Virus record (IMG/VR): IMGVR_UViG_3300032282_002017
Span: 2,531 to 66,530 of that record
Reading direction: 5' to 3' (one strand)
DNA from: a virus
Length of the DNA: 64,000 nt
Part shown: piece by piece, positions 43,231-53,058 of the stretch
Numbering within the stretch: the stretch's first letter is position 1
Layout of the letters: every line of letters starts with the position of its first letter
Program-made: the position numbers and the translations under genes
Notes under the pieces: model-generated
What the model saw: only the letters and a program-made list of their open reading frames with translations
Database searches by the model: none
Told to the model about the DNA's origin: nothing

Positions 43231-43653
43231 ATGCTCAACAACCTCACATCCAATACCTATACCCGCCTTACGGTGCTAGAACGCGCTGCTAATGTGGAAG
43301 GATCGCGCCATGCTTACTGGCGGTGTAAATGTTCTTGTGGCGCTGAGAAGGTAGTTCTAGGCCATAATCTCCTAGCAGGAAAGACACGCTCATGTGGTTG
43401 CCTTAATCGCGAGCTAGTAGGCGCTAGATCAACCTGTACTGCTAGGGCTAACCGTATTCCCAATGGAACACCAGTAGGCGATAACCTCTACAAGTGGGGT
43501 AATGCCATGCCAATGTCGATGGGTGCTATCTGCCGCAAGGAGAAGGTTGATTACCTGATGGTGTGGCGCAAGACGAAGGTAATGGGTTTGAAGGATGCAG
43601 TGTATGCTACAAGAAGGCATCAACGTGAGAAGGAACCCGCGCCCACCAACTAA
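43231..43653 (+). CDS. Homing-endonuclease-associated Cys-rich DNA-binding domain protein
   Basis: RLTVLE..WRCKCSCG..L..G.TRSCGC; leaderless promoter TTGAAC-17-TACACT. Confidence 0.65.
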   Translation: MLNNLTSNTYTRLTVLERAANVEGSRHAYWRCKCSCGAEKVVLGHNLLAGKTRSCGCLNRELVGARSTCTARANRIPNGTPVGDNLYKWGNAMPMSMGAICRKEKVDYLMVWRKTKVMGLKDAVYATRRHQREKEPAPTN

Positions 43654-43675
43654 GCAAAACAAACGATTGAACTTT

Positions 43676-44002
43676 ATGACAAACGAATACACCAAAGAAT
43701 CAATCTGGACAGAACTACCGCGCTTCAAGTTTCTAGCCACTGCGCATGGTTTTGAAATACTAAGCAACCCCAATCTAGGAACCAAAAGCTACACGCGGGT
43801 TAAGCGCTCACTTAAAGAGCGATTTCTTTCGTGGCCGTGGCGTCCTTGGCGCTCCTACAAAGAAGTTTGTACCTTCGTACCTTCGCGGCAGATTTACCGT
43901 GAGGGATCAAAACTTATCATGCACCCGGACATGTCAGCGATACTGATTCAAGCCATTAATTATACGGGTTCGTATTGGGAATATTTAACAGAGAAGCCTT
44001 GA
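43676..44002 (+). CDS. Hypothetical protein
   Basis: KRSLKERFLSWPWRPW..LIMHP. Confidence 0.55.
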   Translation: MTNEYTKESIWTELPRFKFLATAHGFEILSNPNLGTKSYTRVKRSLKERFLSWPWRPWRSYKEVCTFVPSRQIYREGSKLIMHPDMSAILIQAINYTGSYWEYLTEKP

Positions 44003-44032
44003 ACTTTACACTCACCAGCTTTACGGTTGGCA

Positions 44033-44200
44033 ATGGAAAACGATCCAATAACAAAGATAGCCGCCATCGACGAAACGCTCAAAACGTGTACCGACGCATG
44101 GAAAGACGCCTCGCCTGATAAGGTCAATAAGTGGCGCATCAAGATTGATGATCTACTCGACCAACGCCTTGAACAAATGAAAGCACGTGATTCCAAATGA
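44033..44200 (+). CDS. Small hypothetical protein (55 aa)
   Basis: Hand-translated MENDPITKIAAID..WRIKIDDLLDQRL; ATGA overlap with the next gene. Confidence 0.5.
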   Translation: MENDPITKIAAIDETLKTCTDAWKDASPDKVNKWRIKIDDLLDQRLEQMKARDSK

Positions 44201-44385
44201 CACCCAAAGAATCAGCCGCAATCCGGTGGTTTACCCGCAACTACCCTGATGTACCGGAGCGTAAAGATGGAACCGTGGACTACGAGGCGCTATGTGAAGA
44301 GTTCCTTGCCGATGGGTTTAAGGCAGTAGATGTCCAGAAGCACTACGCGAATTTGCCAGCTAAAGTAAAACACGAAACCAAATGA
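44197..44385 (+). CDS. Small hypothetical protein
   Basis: Part of a chain of coupled ORFs. Confidence 0.45.
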   Translation: MTPKESAAIRWFTRNYPDVPERKDGTVDYEALCEEFLADGFKAVDVQKHYANLPAKVKHETK

Positions 44386-44579
44386 CACCGCAAGACCCTA
44401 ATTGTAAAGCGTTCCACGCCGCCAAAACTTGCGAGCGAATTGATCCGCTGGCGCTTGGTAGCGTGTCTGTGCTTGCCCTCATGCACAACCAAACTCACGG
44501 CTACGATAAGACGTTTCCGATGAATATGGGATTTTACCCAAACGCTATCAACAACGAGTGCGAAAGGCTGGTTGGGTGA
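44382..44579 (+). CDS. Small hypothetical protein
   Basis: Part of a chain of coupled ORFs. Confidence 0.4.
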   Translation: MTPQDPNCKAFHAAKTCERIDPLALGSVSVLALMHNQTHGYDKTFPMNMGFYPNAINNECERLVG

Positions 44580-44587
44580 GGGGATTA

Positions 44588-44709
44588 TCACAATTGCTGT
44601 GACTGCCCCACATTGAGAGACTACATACCTATCTTTTTAAGATAGGCCCCCGTTGAGGGCCAGTCACATTTTGTGTGATATTTTACTTGCCTGCTCACAT
44701 AAACTGTGA
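44588..44709. promoter_or_regulatory. Three palindromic TCACA-N5-TGTGA boxes
   Basis: Exact matches at 44588-44602, 44664-44678 and 44695-44709. Confidence 0.7.
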
Positions 44710-44721
44710 TATTTAACAATC

Positions 44722-45468
44722 ATGCAGAAGATTCTTGAAAATGACCTTATCCAAGCGCTCTCCCATTTGAGCCACGGTCATAAACTTCTGTATCGCATAT
44801 TATGGGAGTTAGCAGATGAGGTTGGGGTTGTGGAGTTTGACATTGGGATGATTTCGGACGCATCGGGCATCAAATACCACGAATCCGATTTTGACGCATT
44901 CGGAAAACGAGTTGTTAGGTTTAGCGCAACCACATTGTTTCTTCCTCTATACCTAACCCGCCACATCAGGACGTTTGACCCTAACAACCCCGGTCAAAAG
45001 CGTATCTGGAGACGATTAAAGGAAAGGTGGGGAGCAACCAAGGAGCACATGGAGCCGTTTTATAGTTTATGCCAAGACAAAGGCGTACTCAACCTTCTCC
45101 CAAAGTTTCCAGATTATCACGTGGACGAGAATGGCATTAAGCCGTGGCTTTTGGAGTATCAGCAAGGATTAAAGATGGCAGCAACCGTTGATACGCCCTA
45201 CGGGTGGCCAGAATCAGTTGATAGCGCTTTCAAGAGCTACATGAAAAGCAGAATTGAGAAATGCGAAAAGATAATCACCAAGTCTGATAGGAATAGAAAC
45301 ATCCTTCAAGTGGATAACGTGCTAGCCCTCCAAAGAACTATTGGTTTATTTTTGCAATCAGGCTACTCGGACTTCCAGATAACCAAAGCAATTATAGATT
45401 CAGAAGCAAACAATTGGCCCACATTCAAAATATATGAAAAACCAGCAAACGCCCCAAAGCATACTTGA
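44722..45468 (+). CDS. Putative replication initiator / wHTH protein
   Basis: LSHGHKLLYRILWELADEVGVVEFDIGMIS resembles phage Rep N-termini. Confidence 0.5.
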   Translation: MQKILENDLIQALSHLSHGHKLLYRILWELADEVGVVEFDIGMISDASGIKYHESDFDAFGKRVVRFSATTLFLPLYLTRHIRTFDPNNPGQKRIWRRLKERWGATKEHMEPFYSLCQDKGVLNLLPKFPDYHVDENGIKPWLLEYQQGLKMAATVDTPYGWPESVDSAFKSYMKSRIEKCEKIITKSDRNRNILQVDNVLALQRTIGLFLQSGYSDFQITKAIIDSEANNWPTFKIYEKPANAPKHT

Positions 45469-45694
45469 ACAGCTAACAGAGTTTGAGGTTCGCCAAAAAA
45501 ACGAGGAATTGGAAGTCCATGAAGAGATTCGCCGCTTTATGGCCGATCTTCGCAACCAAATGGGGGAAACGGCGGAGCAATTTGCAAACCGAAGTGGCGG
45601 CGTAAAGCGTCATTACATTTACATGATTGAATCTGGCTCCCGTCGTTGGAGTCCAGAAATGCTAGAATCATTTACCAAATCATTACAACCATGA
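45434..45694 (+). CDS. XRE-family HTH regulator
   Basis: LRNQMGETAEQFANRSGGVKRHYIYMIESGSR. Confidence 0.7.
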   Translation: MKNQQTPQSILEQLTEFEVRQKNEELEVHEEIRRFMADLRNQMGETAEQFANRSGGVKRHYIYMIESGSRRWSPEMLESFTKSLQP

Positions 45695-46137
45695 AAAAGT
45701 TTTACGAATACTCGGAGGTTAGCGCTGCCTTTGAAGAGTTTGCCGACAAGGAAAATGGCCCCACGCCAGACCAATCGCATCCACGATACGCGGGCCTTGG
45801 AAAGTGTTGGGGATGGAAAGGCCCATTGAATAATTGCGGGTATGCTACCATTCCGGTCGTTGGGCGCAGCTTGCTCGCTCACAGGGTTTCATTTACAAAT
45901 CATGGTGGCGAAATACCATATAAAATGTGCGTTTTGCATCAGTGTGATAACCGCTCATGCACAAATCCAGAACACTTGCACACCGGAACTCATGCTGACA
46001 ACATGAGGGAATCATCAGAGCGTAAAAAGGGTTTGCCCTCAATGGCAAATAAAACGAAAAAAGATTACATGCGAGAATACATGCGAGCATATCGAGCTAA
46101 AAAGAAGGCAAACCCTACACCAATCCCCACCCTCTAA
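45691..46137 (+). CDS. HNH endonuclease (HNH_3 type)
   Basis: CWGWKG..GY..AHRVS..VLHQCDNRSCTNPEHL..GTHADNM. Confidence 0.9.
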   Translation: MKKFYEYSEVSAAFEEFADKENGPTPDQSHPRYAGLGKCWGWKGPLNNCGYATIPVVGRSLLAHRVSFTNHGGEIPYKMCVLHQCDNRSCTNPEHLHTGTHADNMRESSERKKGLPSMANKTKKDYMREYMRAYRAKKKANPTPIPTL

Positions 46138-46168
46138 ACCCGCCGAGTGTATCGTGCAAAAGTAGTTT

Positions 46169-46378
46169 ATGAACAAATCAGACCTATGGCGCATCTACTG
46201 CGATAAAAACCCGCAGTTCGCGAATGATGATGCCAAAATCACCATGACTGGACGCGGCCTGCAAAAGCTATTCGACCAAACGTACGATGCTGGCTATCAG
46301 CAAGCGATGGTTAATACTGGAGCTAAAAATACCACAAAAGGAGACTTTGAAACCTTGAAACGCTTCATGGGAATGTAA
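46169..46378 (+). CDS. Small hypothetical protein
   Basis: Operon-like packing. Confidence 0.5.
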   Translation: MNKSDLWRIYCDKNPQFANDDAKITMTGRGLQKLFDQTYDAGYQQAMVNTGAKNTTKGDFETLKRFMGM

Positions 46379-46382
46379 CTTT

Positions 46383-46601
46383 ATGAACACCCTCGTCCCA
46401 CTAAAGCCCCAAAACGGTTCCTGCTCCATCTGCAAGACGCCACAAACGCTCTATGGCCTATGCAAAGCCACGGGCCTAGCCTTTGGCAAATGCTGCGCTG
46501 ATGACATGGCTTACGCATCTTGGATCATTGATAATCACGCTTTGCGCTTTGGTATGAGGCATCCGCAAGTAGGCGATGACTTTGGAAAGGAGACGATATG
46601 A
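46383..46601 (+). CDS. Small Cys-rich protein
   Basis: CSIC..C..CC. Confidence 0.45.
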   Translation: MNTLVPLKPQNGSCSICKTPQTLYGLCKATGLAFGKCCADDMAYASWIIDNHALRFGMRHPQVGDDFGKETI

Positions 46602-46807
46602 AAGCAATCCTAGAATTTAACCTGCCAGAAGATGAAGTCGAGCACAAACGGGCGCTGTTTGCGGATGTGGTTTACTCCCAAATGGACGAAGCTAGGCTGC
46701 AATGCCGCAACTGGCTTAAATACGGCCATGACTTCAAAACGCCAGATGAGGCCATTGAAGCCTGCCGAGCTTTACTCATTTTTGAGAATCCGCTTGAGTT
46801 GCCATAA
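46598..46807 (+). CDS. Small phage protein (MKAILEFNLPED type)
   Basis: N-terminal motif of a type common in phages; RNWLKY. Confidence 0.6.
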   Translation: MKAILEFNLPEDEVEHKRALFADVVYSQMDEARLQCRNWLKYGHDFKTPDEAIEACRALLIFENPLELP

Positions 46808-46827
46808 AGTCGGATTATGGCTGGTGC

Positions 46828-47025
46828 ATGAATGCACGCAAGATTTTAACAGGTCAGAAATTTGGACTTTTAACGGTAGGAAAACAAGTTGGCACGAATA
46901 AATGGAAAAACTCTATCTGGCTGTGCAAGTGCGAGTGCGGCGGCGAAAAAGAGGTTTTGTATCAGCGTTTGACACAAAAACAGACCCGTAGTTGTGGCTG
47001 TTTGAGAAAGAAGAAAACGACATGA
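46828..47025 (+). CDS. Stand-alone Cys-rich homing-endonuclease-associated domain
   Basis: GQKFGLLTV..WLCKCECG..TRSCGC; paralogous to the 43231 ORF. Confidence 0.6.
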   Translation: MNARKILTGQKFGLLTVGKQVGTNKWKNSIWLCKCECGGEKEVLYQRLTQKQTRSCGCLRKKKTT

Positions 47026-47207
47026 TTACCCATAAAAACGCCCTCATCGAAGCACTTGCCCAACTGCAAGTTCAGCCGCTAGGTCACAAAGTAACCATGC
47101 CAGCACGCATTCAGTATCGAGTGGAGAACCTTGATGAGTGGGCGGCAAAGCATGGCGTTTCATACACGTTGGATTCGCGGTATTTGAGCATTTGGAGAAA
47201 TCCATGA
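47022..47207 (+). CDS. Small hypothetical protein
   Basis: AAAACGAC-ATG leader with ATGA overlap. Confidence 0.45.
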   Translation: MITHKNALIEALAQLQVQPLGHKVTMPARIQYRVENLDEWAAKHGVSYTLDSRYLSIWRNP

Positions 47208-47301
47208 ATTTAGCCTTACCGTAAATTTAGTTCTTGACTCTATAAAGCCAATAAGGCATTTAAGCGGATAACTGCTAATTTTTTCAGCAGTTTTCTCGCC
47301 A

Positions 47302-49557
47302 ATGATTCTCACTGATTCTAAAAATTCCGTCACGCCGTCCACGCTGCCATCAATCATTGATGCGGAGACGGGTGAAATTAAGATGCGGAATCGAATCAGT
47401 TCGGCGGCGGAACTTGCTTCTACTTTCCAAGCCTTGTTTGTTGCTGACTTTCAAGCCAGCCGCGCACGGGCTTTAGTTCAAAGCGAGGTTGACGGTAATC
47501 CTCCTTACTCAGACGAACAGGATCGCAAGTTTGGTATCGGCGGCAGAACCAACGTCAATTGGGGCTACCTTACTCAAAGTCAGCAGGACATTGAGGAACC
47601 ATACATCTCACTTTTCGAGTCCATTGACACCTTTGGCTCCACGCCCGTTGACTACGGTTCAGAGCTTGAGCGCAATCAATACTCCCAAGTCATCGCGGAA
47701 GAAGTAACCCGAATGATTCGCAACTGGCCCGATTGGCCGTTTACGTTGCAAATGACCGTGCATCTATTCACGATGTTTGGTGTCAGCTTCACTTTCCGAG
47801 AGGATGCCCATGACTGGCGCTGGAAGGTTTATGATCTTGGCTACCTCAAGATGCCACGACGCACACGGGCAAGCATCAACGATGTTGATATTGTAACGTG
47901 TAAGGTGGAAATGCTGCCATCGCAGCTTTACTCCAAGATCAAGAATGAAGAAGTGGCAACGCTGGCTGGATGGAATGTGGAAGCGGTCAAAGCGGCCATG
48001 AAATCGGCTACGCAAAAGGCTGCTGATACCTCCAACCCACAGGCGATGGAGGCAACTTACAAGGATCAAGACTACTTTACGGGTCTTTCCGCTACCACTG
48101 TTGACCTTATTCACGGTTGGGTACGTGAAGCAGATGGCACGGTTACACATATTATTGCCCGCTACGACGGTGTAGGCGAGTTCCTTTACAAATGTGAGGG
48201 GCTTTATACAGACATGAGCCAGCTTGTGACGGCTTACACGTTTGGTGTCGGCAGCAATGGCGATTTCTACTCAATTCGTGGCAACGCATGGCGTGGACAC
48301 AACGCTTCCGCCTCGCTTAACATGATGACTTGCAAGTTCATGGACTTGGCTTGTCATGTGAGCACGCCCCACGTTCAGGCAAGCTCCGAGGATGCGGTTA
48401 TTGACCAAATGATTCGTCCACGCGGGCCTTATAATGTGGTGGATCAAGGCACGACACTGGTTGAAGTGCCAACGCCACAGTTCCAACAGACCCTCATTCC
48501 TGCGATTGAAAGCCTGCAAGGCATCTTTGCCATGCGTACACGCTCTGGTACGTCCATGCGGGCAAACAATGCCGCTAAAACCGCCGAAGAAATCAAGACG
48601 CAAAACGAGATTGATGGACGGCTGAATACTGCGCAGACAGACCTGTTCTTCACTAGCTGGAAAAACGATTTCAAGGAGGTTGTTCGCCGTTTTGCATCCC
48701 GTGATGTTTCTCAAGCGCATCCCGGTGGCAAGGAAATCTTTGAAGCTCGTAAACGCTGCTTGAAGCGCGGAGTGCCGATTGACGCCATTTACTCCATTGA
48801 CGTTGACTCCATCGAAATCAATCGCGGCATCGGTAAGGGCAGCGCTCAAGAACGCCGTAGTGCATTTGGCGCTCTCATGCCTAACATGGGTAGCTTTGAC
48901 CAAGAAGGCCAGCGCATCCTGCTTCGTCAATTTACCGCCAGCTACACAGACCTTCAGTTTGCCCGCCTGCTTGTTCCAGATCAAGCCGGTTCTCGTCCTC
49001 CAATGGACTTGCAGATTGCCAACATGGAAAACTCGCTGATGCAGCTTGGGCAAGAGGCAACCATTGAGCCAAATCAAGATCATGTGGTTCACGTTGGATC
49101 GCACCTAGCCGTTGTGTCTGAAATCAATGGACAGCTTGAGCAGATGCAGATTCCGCTTGAAGAGGCGATTCCCAAGATGTTCCCGATTTGGAAACACGCT
49201 GGCGAGCATATGCAGTTTATCAGCCCTGAGAATCCGTTGTTCCCTGAGTTCAAGGAGGCGCTACAACAGGTTGGTGAAGTGGTTATCAACGGACAGAAAC
49301 ACTTGGATGCTGAAGCCCGTAAAGCGCAAGCGGCAGAGGGTGAAGCCGCGCCTGAAGGCGATACGCCCCCCGGTGTTAGTCGGCAGGCAATTCAAGCGCA
49401 AGCAATGCTTGCCCAACTGGAAGTCCAAAAGAAGCAGCAAGACCTTGCCTTTGACCAAGCTGAACGCCGCCAGAAGCTCGCATTTAACGATGTGGAGTTT
49501 GCCCAAAAGATTCGACAGGACGCAATCAAGCAGTCCATGCAAAAGAAACCGCAGTAA
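47302..49557 (+). CDS. Portal protein (putative)
   Basis: 751 aa; first gene of the portal-small gene-scaffold-capsid order; KTAEEI motif; Q-rich C-terminal barrel as in P22-like portals. Confidence 0.7.
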   Translation: MILTDSKNSVTPSTLPSIIDAETGEIKMRNRISSAAELASTFQALFVADFQASRARALVQSEVDGNPPYSDEQDRKFGIGGRTNVNWGYLTQSQQDIEEPYISLFESIDTFGSTPVDYGSELERNQYSQVIAEEVTRMIRNWPDWPFTLQMTVHLFTMFGVSFTFREDAHDWRWKVYDLGYLKMPRRTRASINDVDIVTCKVEMLPSQLYSKIKNEEVATLAGWNVEAVKAAMKSATQKAADTSNPQAMEATYKDQDYFTGLSATTVDLIHGWVREADGTVTHIIARYDGVGEFLYKCEGLYTDMSQLVTAYTFGVGSNGDFYSIRGNAWRGHNASASLNMMTCKFMDLACHVSTPHVQASSEDAVIDQMIRPRGPYNVVDQGTTLVEVPTPQFQQTLIPAIESLQGIFAMRTRSGTSMRANNAAKTAEEIKTQNEIDGRLNTAQTDLFFTSWKNDFKEVVRRFASRDVSQAHPGGKEIFEARKRCLKRGVPIDAIYSIDVDSIEINRGIGKGSAQERRSAFGALMPNMGSFDQEGQRILLRQFTASYTDLQFARLLVPDQAGSRPPMDLQIANMENSLMQLGQEATIEPNQDHVVHVGSHLAVVSEINGQLEQMQIPLEEAIPKMFPIWKHAGEHMQFISPENPLFPEFKEALQQVGEVVINGQKHLDAEARKAQAAEGEAAPEGDTPPGVSRQAIQAQAMLAQLEVQKKQQDLAFDQAERRQKLAFNDVEFAQKIRQDAIKQSMQKKPQ

Positions 49558-49563
49558 AACGAA

Positions 49564-49914
49564 ATGGAAAAACAATCTAAAATCATGGCGTTTCGCAAAA
49601 GCGATGACGCCCGAACCGAACTAGGCAATCTGCTTGGCAACAAGACGCTTCAATGGGCGATTGATGCCATTCGCGAAAAGGGGATTCCAAAGAGTGTTCC
49701 TAAAGTGGATACGCTTAACCATCCCGACACCATTATTGCCCATGAGTTTCACAAGATGGTGGGCATCAACTACGCCCTAGACCTGTTGGAGCGCATGACA
49801 TACCCGCTGGACACGCATCCAGAGGACGAGAAAGAACCCGAAGAGGCGTTTGTTCACACATTGCCAGCACATCTGCGCACTCCGCCAAAAGGATTCACTT
49901 TGCCAAAACAGTAA
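49564..49914 (+). CDS. Small head-module protein
   Basis: Between portal and scaffold. Confidence 0.55.
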   Translation: MEKQSKIMAFRKSDDARTELGNLLGNKTLQWAIDAIREKGIPKSVPKVDTLNHPDTIIAHEFHKMVGINYALDLLERMTYPLDTHPEDEKEPEEAFVHTLPAHLRTPPKGFTLPKQ

Positions 49915-49940
49915 ACGAACCACCAACCTAAAAGAACCCC

Positions 49941-51176
49941 ATGACTAAGCTACATTACCCCCTGTTTAACGAAGCCGCGCCAATCTCTGATGCTGGTGGT
50001 GGATTTCCTGCTGATGACTTTGCTGCCGCTCTTGAAGCTGGCATGAGCGAAGTCGCACAGCCACAAGCGCAAGCGCCAAAAGAATCACAACCATCTGAAG
50101 AACTCGGAACAAAGGTTAAAGGCGCTGAAACTGAAACGCCTACTGCTAAATCCAAGCTGACTGACAAAATCGGCAAGATTGAAGAGGAAAAGGTCGAAGA
50201 AGTTGCGACGGATACCGAAGAATTGCCCGAAGGTGACCAAAGCCCCAAGGCCGTAAGTAAGTGGAAGCAGCTTCGACAGACTGAGAAGCAGTTCAAAGAG
50301 CTTGAGCCAAAATTGAAGGAATATGAGGCCAAGATTGCCGAGTTACAGAAAGCTGTGATTCCGCCTGAATTGGAAGCTGAATTGGCAGAGCTTCGACAAC
50401 ATCGCGACGTGTTTGATTTGCACAACTCGCCTGAGTTCAAAAAGACCGTGGCAGAACCACTTGAGCGCATTGGCTCCGAAGTGGCTGATATTGCCAACGA
50501 GTTTAAGCTCAATGAGGGTGAATTGCTAAACGCCATGCGTGAAACTACGGAGTGGAAACGCACGATTGCCATTGAGAAAGCGATTAAGTCTGCCGAGAAA
50601 AAGGCACAAGAAGCCGCCGAAGAATCGGGCGAGGAATATAATCCAATTCCATCTGGCGTTATCGGCGTCATTGCTAATCATGCGAATCGCTTGCATCAAG
50701 TGTGGCAGAAGCAGTCAGAGTTGGAAACTAAAGCTGGTGAACTGAAGCAGTCTAAGGAGGCTGAATACCAGCAGAAATCGCAGCTTTCCACCGTTGAGCA
50801 GGAAAAGGCTTGGACTAAGGCGGCTGATGAATCGCGGACGATCATTGAGACGAATCTTGCTCCCGTCATTAAGATGTTGCCTGAAAAAGACCGCGCCGAG
50901 TTCCTTGATGCCGTTAAAAGCGCCAAGATTTCGGATGATCCTGTGAGTCGCGCATTCCAAGCGCAAGCCCCTGAAGTTGCCGCCATGCTTACAAACGTGG
51001 TCATCAACCTGCGCAAAGAGCTTGCCGAGCAAAAGAAGATCAATGGCGGACTTATTTCAGCCAAGCCGGGAACCAAGCAGAATCATGGCGAACCCGTGAA
51101 GAAAGTTGCTCCCGGTTCTGACTACGACGACTTTGAAAGCGAGCTTGAGAGCGCTATGAAGAATCAATACGCTTAA
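49941..51176 (+). CDS. Capsid scaffolding protein (putative)
   Basis: Acidic disordered N-terminus, long coiled coil, upstream of the capsid gene. Confidence 0.65.
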   Translation: MTKLHYPLFNEAAPISDAGGGFPADDFAAALEAGMSEVAQPQAQAPKESQPSEELGTKVKGAETETPTAKSKLTDKIGKIEEEKVEEVATDTEELPEGDQSPKAVSKWKQLRQTEKQFKELEPKLKEYEAKIAELQKAVIPPELEAELAELRQHRDVFDLHNSPEFKKTVAEPLERIGSEVADIANEFKLNEGELLNAMRETTEWKRTIAIEKAIKSAEKKAQEAAEESGEEYNPIPSGVIGVIANHANRLHQVWQKQSELETKAGELKQSKEAEYQQKSQLSTVEQEKAWTKAADESRTIIETNLAPVIKMLPEKDRAEFLDAVKSAKISDDPVSRAFQAQAPEVAAMLTNVVINLRKELAEQKKINGGLISAKPGTKQNHGEPVKKVAPGSDYDDFESELESAMKNQYA

Positions 51177-51412
51177 TTAAGCTCAACGGCTTCATCCTTG
51201 TCCATTGAGGCGAGGATGGAGTCTAGCGCTTTCGAGAATGCAGCAGATAACTCAGATCGTGCGTCTTTGCTGTTGGAATGAATAAGGCAACCAGTGACGA
51301 CCGATAAGGCTCCAAGTGCATCTGCAAAACTTGCGCCAAGCTGCTGACAGTTGAAATCGAGGCACTTGCTGAGTTTATCTGTGATTTGTTCTTCAAGGGA
51401 TTTGTCGGGCAT
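51173..51412 (-). CDS. Small antisense moron gene
   Basis: Own leaderless promoter TTGCTC-17-TACACT at 51418-51446. Confidence 0.55.
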   Translation of the reverse strand: MPDKSLEEQITDKLSKCLDFNCQQLGASFADALGALSVVTGCLIHSNSKDARSELSAAFSKALDSILASMDKDEAVELN

Positions 51413-51730
51413 GAGTAAGTGTAAAGTTGGACACTCTATTGAGCAAGTAAATTGAGCCTCAAAAGATTTCTAAACTTTTTTCTTGCGTTTGTTTTAGAAT
51501 TGGTCATTATCCGCATTGAGCTATAAAGGCTGTGAAATCAGGACTGAGTGCTCACCAGTCAATAATTCATATTGAGTTGAAACCCCTGTAACAAGGGGAT
51601 CGGTCGCTCGCCGGTCGTCAAGAAGTGTTTCGCATCCGCGAGGCATGTCAATTTTCTTGCCGCTCCGACGCATCAAAGCACCGCTGTGGCAGACCAAACC
51701 AAACCACCGCTAAATAACTCATTATCAATT

Positions 51731-52903
51731 ATGTCAAACTTGTCTCAAATTTTCTCGTCCGATACAACCCGCCTTCAGGGTCGCGTGTATCAACTCCTTC
51801 GCGCTAAAGGCCGCGTTGCCGCCCTTATTAAGAAAGAAAGTTTCCCAACAGGGATAGGTTATTCTCCTATTACTGTAAATACTCTACGCTCTAATCCTGT
51901 CGGCGGTTCCGGCTGGGTTACAGTAGCACAGGAAGACGGTACGGCCAATAACTGCCAAGTTGATCCTTCTGTCGTTACGCCAGCCCTTTCGACCATCAGT
52001 TACACGATTGAGCAGCAGATGACCAAATCTGCTACCATCTGTCTCACGGATGCTCGCTTTGGCTACATGTTCCAAGAGCAGGTCAAAAACAACCGCGAGA
52101 ACTTCGTGTCCACCATTGTTGACACTTGGGAAGACCGCTCGAAATACTGGTATCAGTATTGGGCTGCTCACAAGATCATCAACAACAGTTCACAGACCGA
52201 AGGTTCTGGTACGGCGTTCCCAAATACCGCTGCTACCTACATCGCTTCGCAGGAACAGCTTGATCCTCTTTGGACTCGCATCATGCAGGACGGTGGCGGT
52301 GAAGAACCCTACGCTATGTCCAATGGCGCGGCTTGTATCCCTGCCATCATGTCTCCTGAAGCTCATCGGAACATCATCAAGGGCAGTTCGTCTGTCCGCG
52401 AAGACTTCCGCTTTGCACAGATGGGTAAAGGCTATGAAGGCGCACAGCTTCTCCAGTCTTGGGGCGTTGATAAGCCCTACGGTGGTTTCATGCACGTCAT
52501 CGACTATCGTATGCCGCGCTACAACTTCACTGGCGGTGCTTATGTCGAGGTTCCTTACTACACCACGGCTGCTGCTACCATCGGCACACAGACCGTTCTC
52601 AACCCTGATTATGAGTCCGCTGGCTATGAAGTCATCTACCTGTTCCACCCTGAAGCGGTTATTCGCCAGACTCCAACCCCAATGGGTTCTGTCGGCGCTG
52701 ACACAAAGTTCCTTGCGGCGAACTACAATGGCGACATCATCTGGCGCAATATCCCGAACGAAACCACGAATCTCTTTGAGAATCAGGGCGTTTGGGCAGC
52801 ACAGTTGATGGCAGCTTGGAAGCCTACGGCTAAGCGTAACTACGCCTACGCCCTCATGGTCAAGCGCTGCCCAACGGTGGTTGGTACTGAGTGTGCCTAC
52901 TAA
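51731..52903 (+). CDS. Major capsid protein (putative)
   Basis: 390 aa; strong codon bias; follows the scaffold; long structured leader and downstream hairpins. Confidence 0.75.
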   Translation: MSNLSQIFSSDTTRLQGRVYQLLRAKGRVAALIKKESFPTGIGYSPITVNTLRSNPVGGSGWVTVAQEDGTANNCQVDPSVVTPALSTISYTIEQQMTKSATICLTDARFGYMFQEQVKNNRENFVSTIVDTWEDRSKYWYQYWAAHKIINNSSQTEGSGTAFPNTAATYIASQEQLDPLWTRIMQDGGGEEPYAMSNGAACIPAIMSPEAHRNIIKGSSSVREDFRFAQMGKGYEGAQLLQSWGVDKPYGGFMHVIDYRMPRYNFTGGAYVEVPYYTTAAATIGTQTVLNPDYESAGYEVIYLFHPEAVIRQTPTPMGSVGADTKFLAANYNGDIIWRNIPNETTNLFENQGVWAAQLMAAWKPTAKRNYAYALMVKRCPTVVGTECAY

Positions 52904-53030
52904 TTGAGCAAATCCACGGCTCCCTAGCCTCAAAACTAGGGAGCCTTAATTTGCTCAAATTTCGCTGGTGGCACTTCCTCTTTGGTGCTACACAGTGAGG
53001 GTCAGTCAGGTGTCGTTTCCTGACTGGCCC
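52902..53030 (+). terminator. Two strong hairpins after the capsid gene
   Basis: TTGAGCAAAT..GGCTCCCTAG/CTAGGGAGCC..ATTTGCTCAA and GGGTCAGTCAGG/CCTGACTGGCCC; no clean U-tract. Confidence 0.5.
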
Positions 53031-53058
53031 GCCTTAAATCACCTAAATACCGCCCTCA

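Noticed and set aside
38280-43800. Apparent excess of CTAG in the early/terminal region
   Set aside because: Looks frequent by eye, but the excess appears modest and cannot be established without a k-mer count.
48271-52933. Long alternative-frame ORFs (48271-49104, 49955-50671, 52050-52808, 52190-52933; also 14168-14968)
   Set aside because: They are shadows of strongly codon-biased real genes and have no recognisable motifs.
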